64,000 nucleotides of DNA, taken from positions 2,016,001 through 2,080,000 of the forward strand of contig CAWJET010000001.1 of NCBI GenBank assembly GCA_963842085.1, in the 5' to 3' direction. The notes below the pieces were generated by a model. The model worked only from the letters and a program-made list of their open reading frames with translations. It had not been told where the DNA came from and ran no database searches. Numbering within the stretch: position 1 is the stretch's first letter; every line of letters begins with the position of its first letter. The position numbers and the translations under genes are program-made. Below are positions 46,011 to 56,975 of this stretch, in pieces. This stretch comes from an uncultured delta proteobacterium. Its GTDB lineage: Bacteria; Desulfobacterota; Binatia; Binatales; Binataceae.

Positions 46011-46679
46011 ATGGACGCGCATGCAGAAACCAGAAACAAGGGACGACGCGCACAACCCGCAGCGATTCGGCTGGCGCATTGGATCAACATTCCACTGCTC
46101 GTCATCATGGCCGGCAGCGGCTTACAGATTTTTGCCGCTTACCCGGCGCTCGGGCCGCGCGGCGCGCAATATGGCTGGTATCCGTTTCAGGACGACGCGC
46201 CGCCGTCGTGGCTGCGCTTGGGCGGATGGCTGGCGGGCGCGCGCCATTGGCACTTCGCGATCGCCTGGTTCCTCATCCTCAACGGCGTGATCTACCTCAT
46301 CTATATGATCGCGAGCGGTGAATGGCGCCGGCGCGTCTTCATCCCCACGCGCGATACCTCGAATGCGATCGCGATGTTCGCTTACTACTTGCGCATTCGT
46401 AAGACTCCGCCGCCCGAGGACTTCTACAACGGCCTGCAGCGCATGGCGTACACCTCCGCGATTCTGTTTGGCGTCGTCGTAGTTCTGTCGGGACTGGCGA
46501 TTTACAAACCGGTGCAGTTGTACTGGATAACCGCGGCATTTGGCGGATACGACGTCGCGCGCGTCGTGCATTTGAGCTGCCTGATTCTGCTCGCACTGTT
46601 CACGGCGATGCACCTGGTGCTGGTCGCGCAGCATCCGCGGACGATAGTCACGATGGTGACCGGAGGGCAGCGTGGCTAG
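46011..46679 (+). CDS. Cytochrome b/b6-type membrane subunit
   Basis: RLAHWIN, RHWHF, YNGLQRMAY, RVVH, MHL. Confidence 0.88.
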   Translation: MDAHAETRNKGRRAQPAAIRLAHWINIPLLVIMAGSGLQIFAAYPALGPRGAQYGWYPFQDDAPPSWLRLGGWLAGARHWHFAIAWFLILNGVIYLIYMIASGEWRRRVFIPTRDTSNAIAMFAYYLRIRKTPPPEDFYNGLQRMAYTSAILFGVVVVLSGLAIYKPVQLYWITAAFGGYDVARVVHLSCLILLALFTAMHLVLVAQHPRTIVTMVTGGQRG

Positions 46680-47364
46680 CCTGATCACGCGGCGAAAACT
46701 TCTGCTCGGTCTCGCCGCGAGCACAGCGCTCGCCGGGTGCGACAGCCGTGCCGCGTCGATGTTCCTGGCCGGGATGGGACGCTGGAACGAGCGCGTCGAT
46801 CGGCTGTTGTTTTCGGAGAATCGCCTCGCGCCCGAACCGCCTGCGTCCGAGCTCACGCCCGAGGCCGATTTCCCAATCTACTTTATTTCGGACACAATGC
46901 CGTTCACGCCGGCGGACTGGGCGCTCAAGGTTGGCGGCCTGGTCGCGCGGCCGGCCGTCTTCTCGCTCGAACAGCTCAAGCGAATGCCGCAAACGAGCAT
47001 GCGAATTCGCCACCATTGCGTCGAGGGCTGGTCGGCGGTGGCCGAGTGGCAGGGCGTACAACTCCGCGAGATCGCGCGGATGGCCGGCGCCAGCCGCGAC
47101 GCGCAGTACGTCGAGTTCCGTTCATTCGACGCCGGCTACTATTCGACGTGGGATATCGAGAGCTCGCTCCATCCGCAAACGATTCTCGCCTATGGCATGA
47201 ACGGACGCCTGCTGTATCCCGATCACGGCGCGCCGCTGCGCCTCTATTCGCCGGTCAAACTCGGCTACAAGAATGTGAAGTATCTGACCGAGGTAAATTT
47301 TCTTCCGCACCGTGCCGGCGGGTATTGGGAAGATCAAGGTTACGACTGGTACGGCGGCGTTTAG
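46672..47364 (+). CDS. Molybdopterin oxidoreductase (MsrP/YedY-like)
   Basis: Tat motif TRRKLL, HHCVEGWS, HGAPLRL, GYKNVKYL, GGYWEDQGY. Confidence 0.9.
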   Translation: MASLITRRKLLLGLAASTALAGCDSRAASMFLAGMGRWNERVDRLLFSENRLAPEPPASELTPEADFPIYFISDTMPFTPADWALKVGGLVARPAVFSLEQLKRMPQTSMRIRHHCVEGWSAVAEWQGVQLREIARMAGASRDAQYVEFRSFDAGYYSTWDIESSLHPQTILAYGMNGRLLYPDHGAPLRLYSPVKLGYKNVKYLTEVNFLPHRAGGYWEDQGYDWYGGV

Positions 47365-48587
47365 TCGATCGCGAGGCTCGCGAACGACACCGCCGACTCG
47401 CTCTGCGGTTCCATCGCGATTCCATATTTGAGCAGGCGTCCGCGGCGGCCGCGCAGCAGCTCGAGCTGCGTGTACATTGGTGACAGCCCGCATATTCGCC
47501 GCGCGTCACGATCCTTCACGATGTCGGCGAAGAAGCCCTCGGGGTCGCCGCGCTTGATATGTTCGATGAGGCTGAGGTCCTCGCGCTGCACGCGCTCTGC
47601 GACTTCGCGATCGGCGGCGAACTCGTCGCCGAATTTCCTGCCGACGTGCGCGAAATCGACGCCCGAAAGAATCAGCACGCGGCGATGCTCCGCGTCGAGC
47701 TCGGCTCGCAGCGCCGCGATGAACGATCCAACCCGGGAATCGCGCGCCGGCACGACTGCGCTCGCGACGATTTCATGAAACGAGCTGACCAGGATCGGCA
47801 CGACCTGGTAGCCGCGCACTCCGAGCGCATAGGCGAGAAACAGCGCCTGAAATTCGATCGAGTGCTCGCCGCGATGCAGCAGCTCGTCGGCGAAGAGATC
47901 GCCGGTGTAGCGCGCCGCGAGCTGATCGATAAACGCACCGTCGGTTTCGACCGCGCCAAACGGCGTCGCATAGTTCTTGCGCGTCGCGCTGAACAGTTCG
48001 GGGCCGGCGCCGTAGTGCGAGGTTCCCAGGATCACCACCAACTCCGGCGGCTCGTGCGCCATCAGCTCGTGATACGCGTGCGCGTAGGCGGCAGCGCCTC
48101 GGCGCGGATCGATATGCGGCGCGATCAGGCCCGCGAGCGACGCCGATTTTTTCACCGTGGGAACGCGGCCGGGTCCTTCCGGCGGGTCGAAGAACGCCGC
48201 CAGCTCGAGGCGCAGCCTCGCCGGATCTCTCTCATAGCAGAGGCCTGCCAGCGCCGCCGGACGGTCGGCACTCGCGAGAAATTCCTCGCGCACGCGCCGC
48301 TCGCGCTCGTGAAATGCGGGCGAGTCGAGAAAGTACGCGCTGTCCAGCGCCGCGATCAACTCGTCGAGCGTCTCGAGCGGAATCATCTCGCCGAAGCGCT
48401 TCGCAAACGCGGCCTGGATATCCTTCAACGACATCCGGCCGTCGAACAGAGTCACGATGAAGTACGCGCCCATCCCGAGCATGACCGGCTCGGGCGCCAG
48501 CCCGCTTGGATCGCGCAAACAGATCAGCGTCTGATCCTGCTGCTCGACGGGGAAAGCCTCGACGGCGCGAATCTTTGGATTTTCCAT
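47361..48587 (-). CDS. AmmeMemoRadiSam system protein B (MEMO1 family)
   Basis: IAPHID, LGTSH, EHSIEFQ, DFAHVG, ICG. Confidence 0.9.
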   Translation of the reverse strand: MENPKIRAVEAFPVEQQDQTLICLRDPSGLAPEPVMLGMGAYFIVTLFDGRMSLKDIQAAFAKRFGEMIPLETLDELIAALDSAYFLDSPAFHERERRVREEFLASADRPAALAGLCYERDPARLRLELAAFFDPPEGPGRVPTVKKSASLAGLIAPHIDPRRGAAAYAHAYHELMAHEPPELVVILGTSHYGAGPELFSATRKNYATPFGAVETDGAFIDQLAARYTGDLFADELLHRGEHSIEFQALFLAYALGVRGYQVVPILVSSFHEIVASAVVPARDSRVGSFIAALRAELDAEHRRVLILSGVDFAHVGRKFGDEFAADREVAERVQREDLSLIEHIKRGDPEGFFADIVKDRDARRICGLSPMYTQLELLRGRRGRLLKYGIAMEPQSESAVSFASLAID

Positions 48588-48710
48588 GGCGAAATCTAAT
48601 CTTGGAGACAGTCGACGGTGCAGCGCACCGCGTTTACAGATGCTATGGGCTTTGACAAAATCCGGCAAGCCGACCGGAACTCCGCGCGCAAAAATCCGCC
48701 AATCTATAGA

Positions 48711-49142
48711 ATGTCCGACCAACATCGACGCCGCGCCGCTCTGACTCGATCTCATCCGCGACGCAGGGACGCGCCCGCGCGTGCCCGCTACCGAGTTTCG
48801 CGCACCGACTCGCTCGCACCCGGCGAGTCGCTGAAGTTCATGCTGCCGATTCGCGGCGCCGACGAGGAATGCTTTCTCATCAACTTCGGCGGCGAGTTCC
48901 ACGCCTACGTCAATCGATGCCGGCATGTGCCGATGGCGATGGACTGGGTGGACAATCAATTTTTCGCGGAGGAGGGGCGCTACCTGATGTGCCAGACGCA
49001 CAACGCCTACTACGAACCGGCGAGCGGCGAATGTATCGCGGGACCGCCGACTGCATGCGGAAAATATCTTTACCGGGTGCCGACCGAAATCGAAGACGGA
49101 GTCATCTACGCGCGTCCGCCGCTGGAAGAATTCGAAGACTGA
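48711..49142 (+). CDS. Rieske [2Fe-2S] protein
   Basis: NRCRH and CQTH motifs. Confidence 0.88.
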   Translation: MSDQHRRRAALTRSHPRRRDAPARARYRVSRTDSLAPGESLKFMLPIRGADEECFLINFGGEFHAYVNRCRHVPMAMDWVDNQFFAEEGRYLMCQTHNAYYEPASGECIAGPPTACGKYLYRVPTEIEDGVIYARPPLEEFED

Positions 49143-49161
49143 GAGAGAGGACGATTACGGC

Positions 49162-49461
49162 TTATTCGTACTCGTCGCCGAAGTGGGCGCGCACGATTCG
49201 CGCCTTGAGGTACTCGAGGGTGCCGAGATCCTCGACGATGTCGCCGCCGGTGTCGTAGAAGAACAGCTCGCCATTCTTCGTGCGGCCGACCGCGATAATC
49301 CATTCGAGGTCGTCCCGGTCCTCAAGCAAATAGTTGATTGTCTGCGCCACCCCGCGGCCCGGGATAATCGTAATCTTCGGCCTCGGGAGCTTTTCCTTTT
49401 CCTGCTTGGGCATCTCTTTGATCAACCCTCTGGCGGGAGGATGCGGGAACCGATCACTCAA
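49162..49461 (-). CDS. Hypothetical protein
   Basis: Intergenic ORF with host-like codon usage; start uncertain. Confidence 0.6.
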   Translation of the reverse strand: MSDRFPHPPARGLIKEMPKQEKEKLPRPKITIIPGRGVAQTINYLLEDRDDLEWIIAVGRTKNGELFFYDTGGDIVEDLGTLEYLKARIVRAHFGDEYE

Positions 49462-49484
49462 TTACATTAAGAATGCCCAGCGAT

Positions 49485-50735
49485 CTAAGTCAATAGCGCG
49501 TGCACGGCGATCTCAACATGATGCGTGTTGGGGAAAAAATCGAACGCGCGCACGCGATTGATTTTGTATCCCGCCCCCGCCAGCATCCGCAGGTCGCGCG
49601 CCAGCGTCGTAACGTCGCACGATACGTAGATCACAGCTGGTGCGCGCAGCTTGATGATCGGTTCCATCAGACCGGGCGCGCCGGTGCGCGGCGGATCGAG
49701 GACTATGACCTGGGGGCGATAGCGCGCGCGATGGAGAAACTCCGCCGTCGCCGACGCCTTCATCGCGACGAACTGCGCCTCGCGAAACTTCAAGCGCGCG
49801 GCGTTGCGCGACGCCGCGGCGATCGCGCCCGCGTCGGCATCGACACCCGTCACTCGCGCACCGCGCCGCGCCGCGGGCAGACTGAAGTTGCCCGCACCGC
49901 AAAAGAGATCGAGCACCACTTGTGATTCGTGGATTGCTGCCATTTCCATCACGCTTGCGATCAGCTTCTGATTCTGCGCGCGATTCACCTGACTGAAGAG
50001 ATCGGCGTCAGCTTCGATCGAGAGTCCGTCCTCGAGCTCGATCGCAATTGCGGTAGCGCCAACAGTCGCGCGATGCGCGCCCGCTCGCAGCACGATGCCG
50101 GCAATCTCGCTGTCCGATTCGAGCACGTTGCGCGCGCGCCTGAGGTCCTCTTCGTTTGCCGGCTTCTTTAGATACGCGACCTGCACTTCGCGCGCGCCGT
50201 CGCGCACCGCCTCGATCTCTTCGACGCGCTTCCCGAGCGAGCGCGCAAGATGCAGCGGCATCCGGATACCTGACTCGGCGACCAGGCAGGAATCGATTTC
50301 GACGATCGCGTTGCTGCCTGCCGAATAGAACCCGAGCACGCCCTTGGCGCCGACCCTGAGCCGGATTCTCGACCGATAACCGAACTCGGCAGGCGCCGGC
50401 TCGACCAGTCCCGCCGGGTCGATCGCGACTCCCAGCGCGTGGCCCAGTTCGCGCGCGACGACTTCGCCCTTGAAACGCACCTGCGCGCCGTAGTCGATGT
50501 GCTGCCAGTCGCATCCGCCGCATCGCGGCAGATACGGACACGGTGCGGCGCGACGGTCGGCGCTGGCGTGGATGATTTCGCGAATTTTCGCGACCGCGTA
50601 GTCGCGGCGCTCTGAAACTATCTCGACGTCGAGGCGGTCTCCCACCAGCGCACCGGGAACCATCACGGCCTTGCCGTCCTGGCGGCCGACGCCAAACGGC
50701 CCGAACGTCATCGCGCTGATCTCGATCTCCGGCAT
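49485..50735 (-). CDS. rlmD: TRAM-domain 23S rRNA m5U methyltransferase (RlmD-like)
   Basis: CPYLPRCGGC Fe-S motif, FSQVN, LDLFCGAG, LDPPRTG, YVSC, FFPNTHHVE. Confidence 0.88.
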   Translation of the reverse strand: MPEIEISAMTFGPFGVGRQDGKAVMVPGALVGDRLDVEIVSERRDYAVAKIREIIHASADRRAAPCPYLPRCGGCDWQHIDYGAQVRFKGEVVARELGHALGVAIDPAGLVEPAPAEFGYRSRIRLRVGAKGVLGFYSAGSNAIVEIDSCLVAESGIRMPLHLARSLGKRVEEIEAVRDGAREVQVAYLKKPANEEDLRRARNVLESDSEIAGIVLRAGAHRATVGATAIAIELEDGLSIEADADLFSQVNRAQNQKLIASVMEMAAIHESQVVLDLFCGAGNFSLPAARRGARVTGVDADAGAIAAASRNAARLKFREAQFVAMKASATAEFLHRARYRPQVIVLDPPRTGAPGLMEPIIKLRAPAVIYVSCDVTTLARDLRMLAGAGYKINRVRAFDFFPNTHHVEIAVHALLT

Positions 50736-50829
50736 GCGCACCCGAGTTTATCCCCACTACGCAATTTGCGCGACGCAACTTATAATGAGGCGCGCGCGAG
50801 CGGTCGCGCCATTTCTACGCTCTTACCGG

Positions 50830-53800
50830 GTGACGCCCTTGGCGATCGAGACCGAACTCCGCGACCTAATCGACAGGAATCTACCCGCTGATTCCGCGCC
50901 CCGCGTATACGCTTTCGCCGAGCGGCTGTTCGCGCGCGACTCCGCCGACAATCGCGAGCGCGTCCCGGCCAAGCGGCGGCTTGCTCTCGTGCAGTCAGCG
51001 TTCGAATTCTTTTCGGTCCGCACCGAGCCCGCGATCGCGCGAGTCGCATCGGTTGCGGGAGACGACAACGACACCCTCGCCGTCGTCGAAACGGTGACCA
51101 CCGATTGCCCGTTCATCGTCGACAGCCTGCTCGAATATTTCCATCACCTGGGCGCCACCGTTCGCACGATGCTGCACCCGGTGTTCAAGGTTGCTCGCGA
51201 CAAACAAGGAAGGATCGCATCGTTCGAGCAGTTGCTCTCCGCCGAGCGCGGAGAGTCATTCGTTCACGCGGAACTCGAGCTCACGCCGACGCCGGAACAA
51301 GCGCGCGAAATCGAGCGCGAAGTCATCTCAATTCTCAGCGAGGTCCATGACGCGACCGGCGACTTCGAACAGATGACCGGCCGCGCGCTGCAAATCTGCG
51401 AAGAAACCGCGTCGAACCGCGAACTGATTGAGGTCCGCGACCTCCTGCGCTGGCTCATCCACGGCGGCTTCGTGTTCCTGGGCTATCGCCGCTATCTGGT
51501 GAGTGGCGAGGACGGCACCGCCAGATTCGTGCTCGATCCGGGCACCGAGCTCGGCGTCATGCGCGAGCACGACGAGTCGCGATTTCGCAGTTCGGTCATG
51601 CTCGAGGAACTCTCAGCCGCGCGCCGCAAGCTCTTCTTCGAAGGACCGCCGGTGGTGATCGGCAAGACTCGCGCCGAGTCGCACGTCCATCGCCGCCGTC
51701 CCATGGACAGCGTCTCTATTCGCCGCACCGACGCGTCGGGCCAGGTGGTCGCGTTCGACAATTTCATCGGGCTGTTCACCTCCAAGGCCCACGCCGAGGA
51801 AGCGCAGCACATTCCGGTTTTGCGTGCGAAGCTGCGCGAAGTGCTGGAGTACGAGGGCGCAGCTCCGGGCTCGCATGATTACAAGGAGATCGTCTCCGCC
51901 TTCAACAGCTTCCCCAAGGACGAACTCTTTCGCGCGCCCGTTGCCGAATTGCGCGCGCAGTTGCGCCTCATCCTGGACGTGAAGAGCTCGGCCGCGGTGC
52001 GGCTCTTTGTCGCCCCCGACCTGCGTCATGGCAACGTGATCGCGCTGGTCGTGATGCCGCGCGAAGCCGGCTCCGCCGAGCTTGGCCGGCGCATCCAGGA
52101 TACTCTGGCAGCCGCGCTTCACGGCACCCTGGTCTATTTCCACCTCGCACTCGGCGAGGGTTACACTGCGCGCCTCCATTTCTGTTTCGTGGCCGATCCC
52201 CCGAAGACTTCTTTGATCCGCAGTCTCGAGACGACCATCGCCAACCTCGCCAGGCGATGGGACGATCGGCTGCAGGAGCGGCTGATCGAAAAGTTCGGAC
52301 CCCGGCGTGGACGCGAGCTCGCCGAGCGATGGGCCGGTGCATTCAGCGCTGACTATCAGGCTGCGATCGACATAGCGCGCGCGGTCGCGGACATCGAAGA
52401 CGTCGAGAAGCTAATCGCCGGTGGCCGCGATTTCATGGTCGAGGCCGAACTTCACGCGTCCAGCCACCACGCCGGCGACGGACGGAGCGACATACGTATT
52501 GTCGGGCTCGGCGACGCTCCGATGCTCTCCGACCTGATGCCTACTTTGCAGAACTTCGCGATCCGGGTGCTGTCCGAGGACGCTCACGAACTGCGCCCGC
52601 GCACGGAGGGCAAAGTGACGCGCGCGTACCTGCAGGTCTTTTCCGTGGAGGGACCCGACTCGCAGCCATTCGCAAAATTTCCCGGCGCTGCGCTGATCGC
52701 CGATGCGATCGGCGCGGTGCGCGACGGCCTTACCACGGACGATTCTCTCAACGCGCTCACGCTCACCGCGGGCCTCGCCTGGCGCGAGGTCGCTCTGCTG
52801 CGCACGTATCTGGTCGCCGCGTTCCAGATGCGCCTGGCGCCCTCCCGTCTCAGCCTGCAGCGCGTTCTGACGCTGTATCCCGACCTCGCCAGGCTGCTGT
52901 TCGAACTGTTTACCGCACGCCTCTCGTTCGACAGCCCGGCCGCGCCTGAAAAAATCGCGGAGTTGCGCGAAGCGTATCTCGCGCGTCTCGCTGCAATCGA
53001 AAATATTGTTGACGATCGGATCGCGCGCGGGCTGCTCTCGCTGGTGGAGGCGACCGTGCGCACCAATTTTTTCTGTGCGGTGCCGTCGCCCGACCCGTAC
53101 ATCGCGCTCAAGTTCGAAAGCGCGCGCATCGCCAGGCTGCCCGACACCGCGCCGCTCTACGAAATTCACGTCAACAGTCCGCGCATGGAAGGATGCCATC
53201 TACGCCACGGGCGCGTCGCACGCGGCGGAATTCGCTACAGTGACCGGCCCGACGACTACCGCACCGAGATCCTTGACCTGATGAAGACCCAGACCGTTAA
53301 AAACGCGATCATCGTCCCGCGCGGCGCCAAGGGCGGCTTCATCGTCAAGCCGCGGCCGCGCCAACCGCCGAACCCAACCGATGGCGTCGAGGCTTACAAG
53401 ACGCTGATGAACGCGATGCTCGACCTCACCGACAACCTCACCGACGACGGCCCGGTGCATCCCGCGCGCGTCCGGGTGCTCGACAACGACGGACCTTATC
53501 TCGCCGTCGCGGCCGACAAAGGCACGGCGAGCTTCTCCGACGTCGCCAATCAGATCGCAATCGAGCGCGGTTTCTGGCTCGGCGACGCTTTCGCGTCCGG
53601 CGGCGAACACGGCTACGACCACAAGAAGCTGGGGATCACGGCGCGCGGTGCATGGGAGTCTGCGCGCCGGCATCTGCGCGAGATGGGCCGCGACCCCGAC
53701 CGCGGCGCGCCGATCACGATGATCGGCATCGGCGACATGTCCGGCGACGTGTTCGGCAACGGCCTCCTGCGCTCGCGCAACTTGAAGCTCGTCGCCGCCT

Positions 53801-55617
53801 TCGACCATCGCCACATCTTCATCGATCCCGACCCCGACCCCGCGACGAGCTTCGATGAACGCAAGCGCCTGTTCGAGCTGCCGCGCTCGACTTGGGCTGA
53901 CTACACTCCGTCTCTCATCAGTCGCGGCGGGAGCGTGTTCCGCCGCGGCCAGAAACGAATCGAGCTGAGTGCGCATGCGCGCGCCGCGCTGGCCTGCGAT
54001 TCCGACGCGCTCGACGGCGAGTCGTTGATTCAATGCATTCTGCGCGCGCCGGTCGATCTATTCTACAACGGCGGCATCGGCACCTACGTTCGCGCCAGCA
54101 GCGAGACCGACGCCGAAGTCGCCGACCACGCCAACGACGCTTGCCGAATCACCGCGCCGGAACTTCGCGCCAAAATAGTCGTCGAGGGCGGCAACCTCGG
54201 CTTCACCCAAAAAGCGCGCATCGAGTACGCCCTCAACGGCGGACGGATCAACACCGACGCGATCGACAACTCGGCCGGCGTCGACATGTCGGATCACGAA
54301 GTCAATCTGAAGATTCTGCTCGAGCCGGCCGTGGCCCGCGGCGAGCTGACTTTCGACGCGCGCAACCGCGCGCTCGCCGCATGCGCGGACGAAATTGCCG
54401 ACCGGGTGATCGCGGATAATCGCGACCAGGTGCTGTCGCTCAGCCTCGAACAGCTTCGCAGCCGCACGCACCTGAACGAGTTTCACGACCATCTCCAGGC
54501 CATCGAAGATCGCGGCATCTTGACCGGGATGGAGCCTGTGATGCTCTCGCGCGAGGCGCTGCACAATCGCCATGCGCGCTACCCCGGCCTCACCCGCCCC
54601 GAGCTTGCGCTGGCCGCCGCCTACACCAAGATCGATCTCATCCAGCGGCTGGAAGCCACCGTGCTGGTTGACGATTCGTATCTCGTCGGACGTTTCCTGC
54701 GGCCATACTTCCCGCCGTCGCTCGCGGAGCATTTCAGCGGCGACGTCGGCGCGCATCGCCTCCGCCACGAGCTGATCGCCACTGGCGCCGTCAATGAACT
54801 CGTCGATCTGGTTGGCGCGACTTTCGTCTTCAGCCACGTGCGCGATCGCGGCGTCGCGGCCGAGGACGTGGTCCGGGCATGGGTGATCGCGACCGACGTG
54901 CTTTCAATTCACGAACGCGCCGGCGAGCTGAGGCGAAACTCCGCCACGATCGCGGCCGAATCGGAACTGGGCGCGTTTCTGGCCCTCGAGCGCGCCTGCC
55001 GCAGCGCTACGGGATGGGCGCTCGGCGAACTGGAACCCGCCACTTCGATCGGCGCCGCGGTGACCCGCTTCAGGCCCGCATTCGAAATGTTATGCGGCGA
55101 GTTCCAGACGATGCTCGCGGGCGGCGAGCGCGACCGCTTCGAGCGCCTCTATCGCGAGCTGCGCAATGACATGCTGGACGGCGAACTGGCGCACGGGCTC
55201 GCGCGGCTGGCTTTCGCCGATCACATTCTGAGTGTGCTGAGCCTGAGTTTCGCCCGCGGAATCGAGCCCGCCAAAACGGCTCAATCCTACTTCCGCCTGA
55301 GCGCGCAACTCAACTTCGCAATGCTCGAGGAAGCGCTCCAATCGATCGGCGCCGACGACCGCTGGGAGCGGCGCGCCGCCAACGAACTCGCCGCCGAACT
55401 TCGCGCCGCGCGCATCGCGCTGTGCTGCGCGGTGCTCGACGCAATCGCCGACGATCCCGATATGACTGTCGATGAATCGATCGAGCAGTTGAAGCGGGTC
55501 CGGGCCAATCGATTCGCGGAGGTCGCGCGGCTGTTCGACGAGCTGAAAACGCTTGCGTCGCCGAGCCTGCCTGCTATTCAGGTCACGATTCGCGCGCTCT
55601 CACGCCTGGCTGCTTGA
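50830..55617 (+). CDS. gdhB: Large NAD-specific glutamate dehydrogenase
   Basis: ARGGIRYSDR, KNAIIVPRGAKGGF, VAADKGTA, GIGDMSGDVFGNG, NSAGVDMSDHEVN; start approximate. Confidence 0.95.
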   Translation: MTPLAIETELRDLIDRNLPADSAPRVYAFAERLFARDSADNRERVPAKRRLALVQSAFEFFSVRTEPAIARVASVAGDDNDTLAVVETVTTDCPFIVDSLLEYFHHLGATVRTMLHPVFKVARDKQGRIASFEQLLSAERGESFVHAELELTPTPEQAREIEREVISILSEVHDATGDFEQMTGRALQICEETASNRELIEVRDLLRWLIHGGFVFLGYRRYLVSGEDGTARFVLDPGTELGVMREHDESRFRSSVMLEELSAARRKLFFEGPPVVIGKTRAESHVHRRRPMDSVSIRRTDASGQVVAFDNFIGLFTSKAHAEEAQHIPVLRAKLREVLEYEGAAPGSHDYKEIVSAFNSFPKDELFRAPVAELRAQLRLILDVKSSAAVRLFVAPDLRHGNVIALVVMPREAGSAELGRRIQDTLAAALHGTLVYFHLALGEGYTARLHFCFVADPPKTSLIRSLETTIANLARRWDDRLQERLIEKFGPRRGRELAERWAGAFSADYQAAIDIARAVADIEDVEKLIAGGRDFMVEAELHASSHHAGDGRSDIRIVGLGDAPMLSDLMPTLQNFAIRVLSEDAHELRPRTEGKVTRAYLQVFSVEGPDSQPFAKFPGAALIADAIGAVRDGLTTDDSLNALTLTAGLAWREVALLRTYLVAAFQMRLAPSRLSLQRVLTLYPDLARLLFELFTARLSFDSPAAPEKIAELREAYLARLAAIENIVDDRIARGLLSLVEATVRTNFFCAVPSPDPYIALKFESARIARLPDTAPLYEIHVNSPRMEGCHLRHGRVARGGIRYSDRPDDYRTEILDLMKTQTVKNAIIVPRGAKGGFIVKPRPRQPPNPTDGVEAYKTLMNAMLDLTDNLTDDGPVHPARVRVLDNDGPYLAVAADKGTASFSDVANQIAIERGFWLGDAFASGGEHGYDHKKLGITARGAWESARRHLREMGRDPDRGAPITMIGIGDMSGDVFGNGLLRSRNLKLVAAFDHRHIFIDPDPDPATSFDERKRLFELPRSTWADYTPSLISRGGSVFRRGQKRIELSAHARAALACDSDALDGESLIQCILRAPVDLFYNGGIGTYVRASSETDAEVADHANDACRITAPELRAKIVVEGGNLGFTQKARIEYALNGGRINTDAIDNSAGVDMSDHEVNLKILLEPAVARGELTFDARNRALAACADEIADRVIADNRDQVLSLSLEQLRSRTHLNEFHDHLQAIEDRGILTGMEPVMLSREALHNRHARYPGLTRPELALAAAYTKIDLIQRLEATVLVDDSYLVGRFLRPYFPPSLAEHFSGDVGAHRLRHELIATGAVNELVDLVGATFVFSHVRDRGVAAEDVVRAWVIATDVLSIHERAGELRRNSATIAAESELGAFLALERACRSATGWALGELEPATSIGAAVTRFRPAFEMLCGEFQTMLAGGERDRFERLYRELRNDMLDGELAHGLARLAFADHILSVLSLSFARGIEPAKTAQSYFRLSAQLNFAMLEEALQSIGADDRWERRAANELAAELRAARIALCCAVLDAIADDPDMTVDESIEQLKRVRANRFAEVARLFDELKTLASPSLPAIQVTIRALSRLAA

Positions 55618-56721
55618 TCACAGCGCAGCGCTTGGCAGTTGCGCCGTCGGCTGCATCGCGGACTGCGCGGCAGAATCGAGCCGCTCAGCCAGCTGGCGTT
55701 CTCTCAAATCCTGATAGAGTCGCAGACCCGCCGCGACCAGGAACGCGGTGGTCGCAAAGTTGACGCTGATCTCGGCCAGATCGACCAGAAAGATCGTTGT
55801 GCCGAGAAAGCCCGTCACCACTCCGACCGGCCCGAACAGCAGGCTCACCACCACGAACGCTCCCGCTGCCCACGAGTTGAATCCCGACCAGACCGCGAGA
55901 AAGACGACGATCCGCGTCGCGACTTTGAAGAAGCGTTTGCGCATGAGGTCGCGGCTGAACAGCAGCGCATGCCAGCTATGCTTGTCGTCGAAGATCAGCG
56001 CGTACTGCGCGAAGTACAACCACGCGTACACGATCGCGCCAAGCATGATCATCAAGACCAGCGCGATATATGCCCACACCCCGATCGATCCGGGCATAAA
56101 ACTCGACGCCTCCTGGAACAGGAACAACCCAAGGCCCGGCGCCAGCAGTTGCAGAATCGTCACCCAGATGAACGCCGGCCCCAACAGAATCGATTGCCGG
56201 TAAACTTCGATCGCTTCGCCAATAACAGCAGGCTCGCGAATTCCCGCCTGGATCCGCTTGAGTGAGCACAACGTAACCAGCGTCACCAGCAGCGTGAGCA
56301 GCCCGAAAAGTAGATGTAACGCCGTCGTGACCCACGGCCCGAACGGCTGCGGCTCCTGCAGGGGCGCGGGCTTGCTCGGCGTGTCGACGCTATCCACCTG
56401 CGTATAACTGATATTTTGCGAGCCCGGCTCGAAGTTCGTCGCGAGGCGATGCTGCAGATTCAACGCGTCAGGCAGGAGGCACAGCGCCGCCGCCAGCAGC
56501 AACGGCGCCAGCACGATAGCCAGCACCGACCAGTTGCCGCGCAGATCGTTTACCGCGTTGGCGAGATATATGAAGCTGCTTTTGAGGCGAACGGGATTCA
56601 CGGCGCGCGTAAGAGGTTGGCATCCTCGCATGATCGAGACAAGTCCGCCGCATTTCCGATGGTCACTTCTCGCCTCAGTGTTATATGATGGTTGATGATC
56701 GCCCCCACACGGAGAATGCAC
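55618..56721 (-). CDS. Hypothetical multi-pass membrane protein
   Basis: Several hydrophobic segments; the true start is probably near 56600. Confidence 0.7.
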   Translation of the reverse strand: MHSPCGGDHQPSYNTEARSDHRKCGGLVSIMRGCQPLTRAVNPVRLKSSFIYLANAVNDLRGNWSVLAIVLAPLLLAAALCLLPDALNLQHRLATNFEPGSQNISYTQVDSVDTPSKPAPLQEPQPFGPWVTTALHLLFGLLTLLVTLVTLCSLKRIQAGIREPAVIGEAIEVYRQSILLGPAFIWVTILQLLAPGLGLFLFQEASSFMPGSIGVWAYIALVLMIMLGAIVYAWLYFAQYALIFDDKHSWHALLFSRDLMRKRFFKVATRIVVFLAVWSGFNSWAAGAFVVVSLLFGPVGVVTGFLGTTIFLVDLAEISVNFATTAFLVAAGLRLYQDLRERQLAERLDSAAQSAMQPTAQLPSAAL

Positions 56722-56975
56722 TCATGGCCGACGACGACCGCGCATCGAAAATCGAACATGAGAATAAAATGATCCGCCGCCTGCGCTTCCTGGTCGAACT
56801 GACCTTCGCCACCATCGCGCAGGACCATGACATGACGCTCGAACAGGGATGGGAACACGTGCTCGCGCTCAAGGGCGCCGCGGTTGCGATGTTCCCCGGC
56901 AAGGAAGAAACCTTCGACCTCGTCTACCTGCCGCGCTTCTCGCGCCTGCTCGCAGAGCGATTCGGCGCGAATTGA
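56688..56975 (+). CDS. Small hypothetical protein
   Basis: IRRLRFLVELT...FPGKEETFDLVYLPRF; coupled to nagA. Confidence 0.7.
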   Translation: MVDDRPHTENALMADDDRASKIEHENKMIRRLRFLVELTFATIAQDHDMTLEQGWEHVLALKGAAVAMFPGKEETFDLVYLPRFSRLLAERFGAN

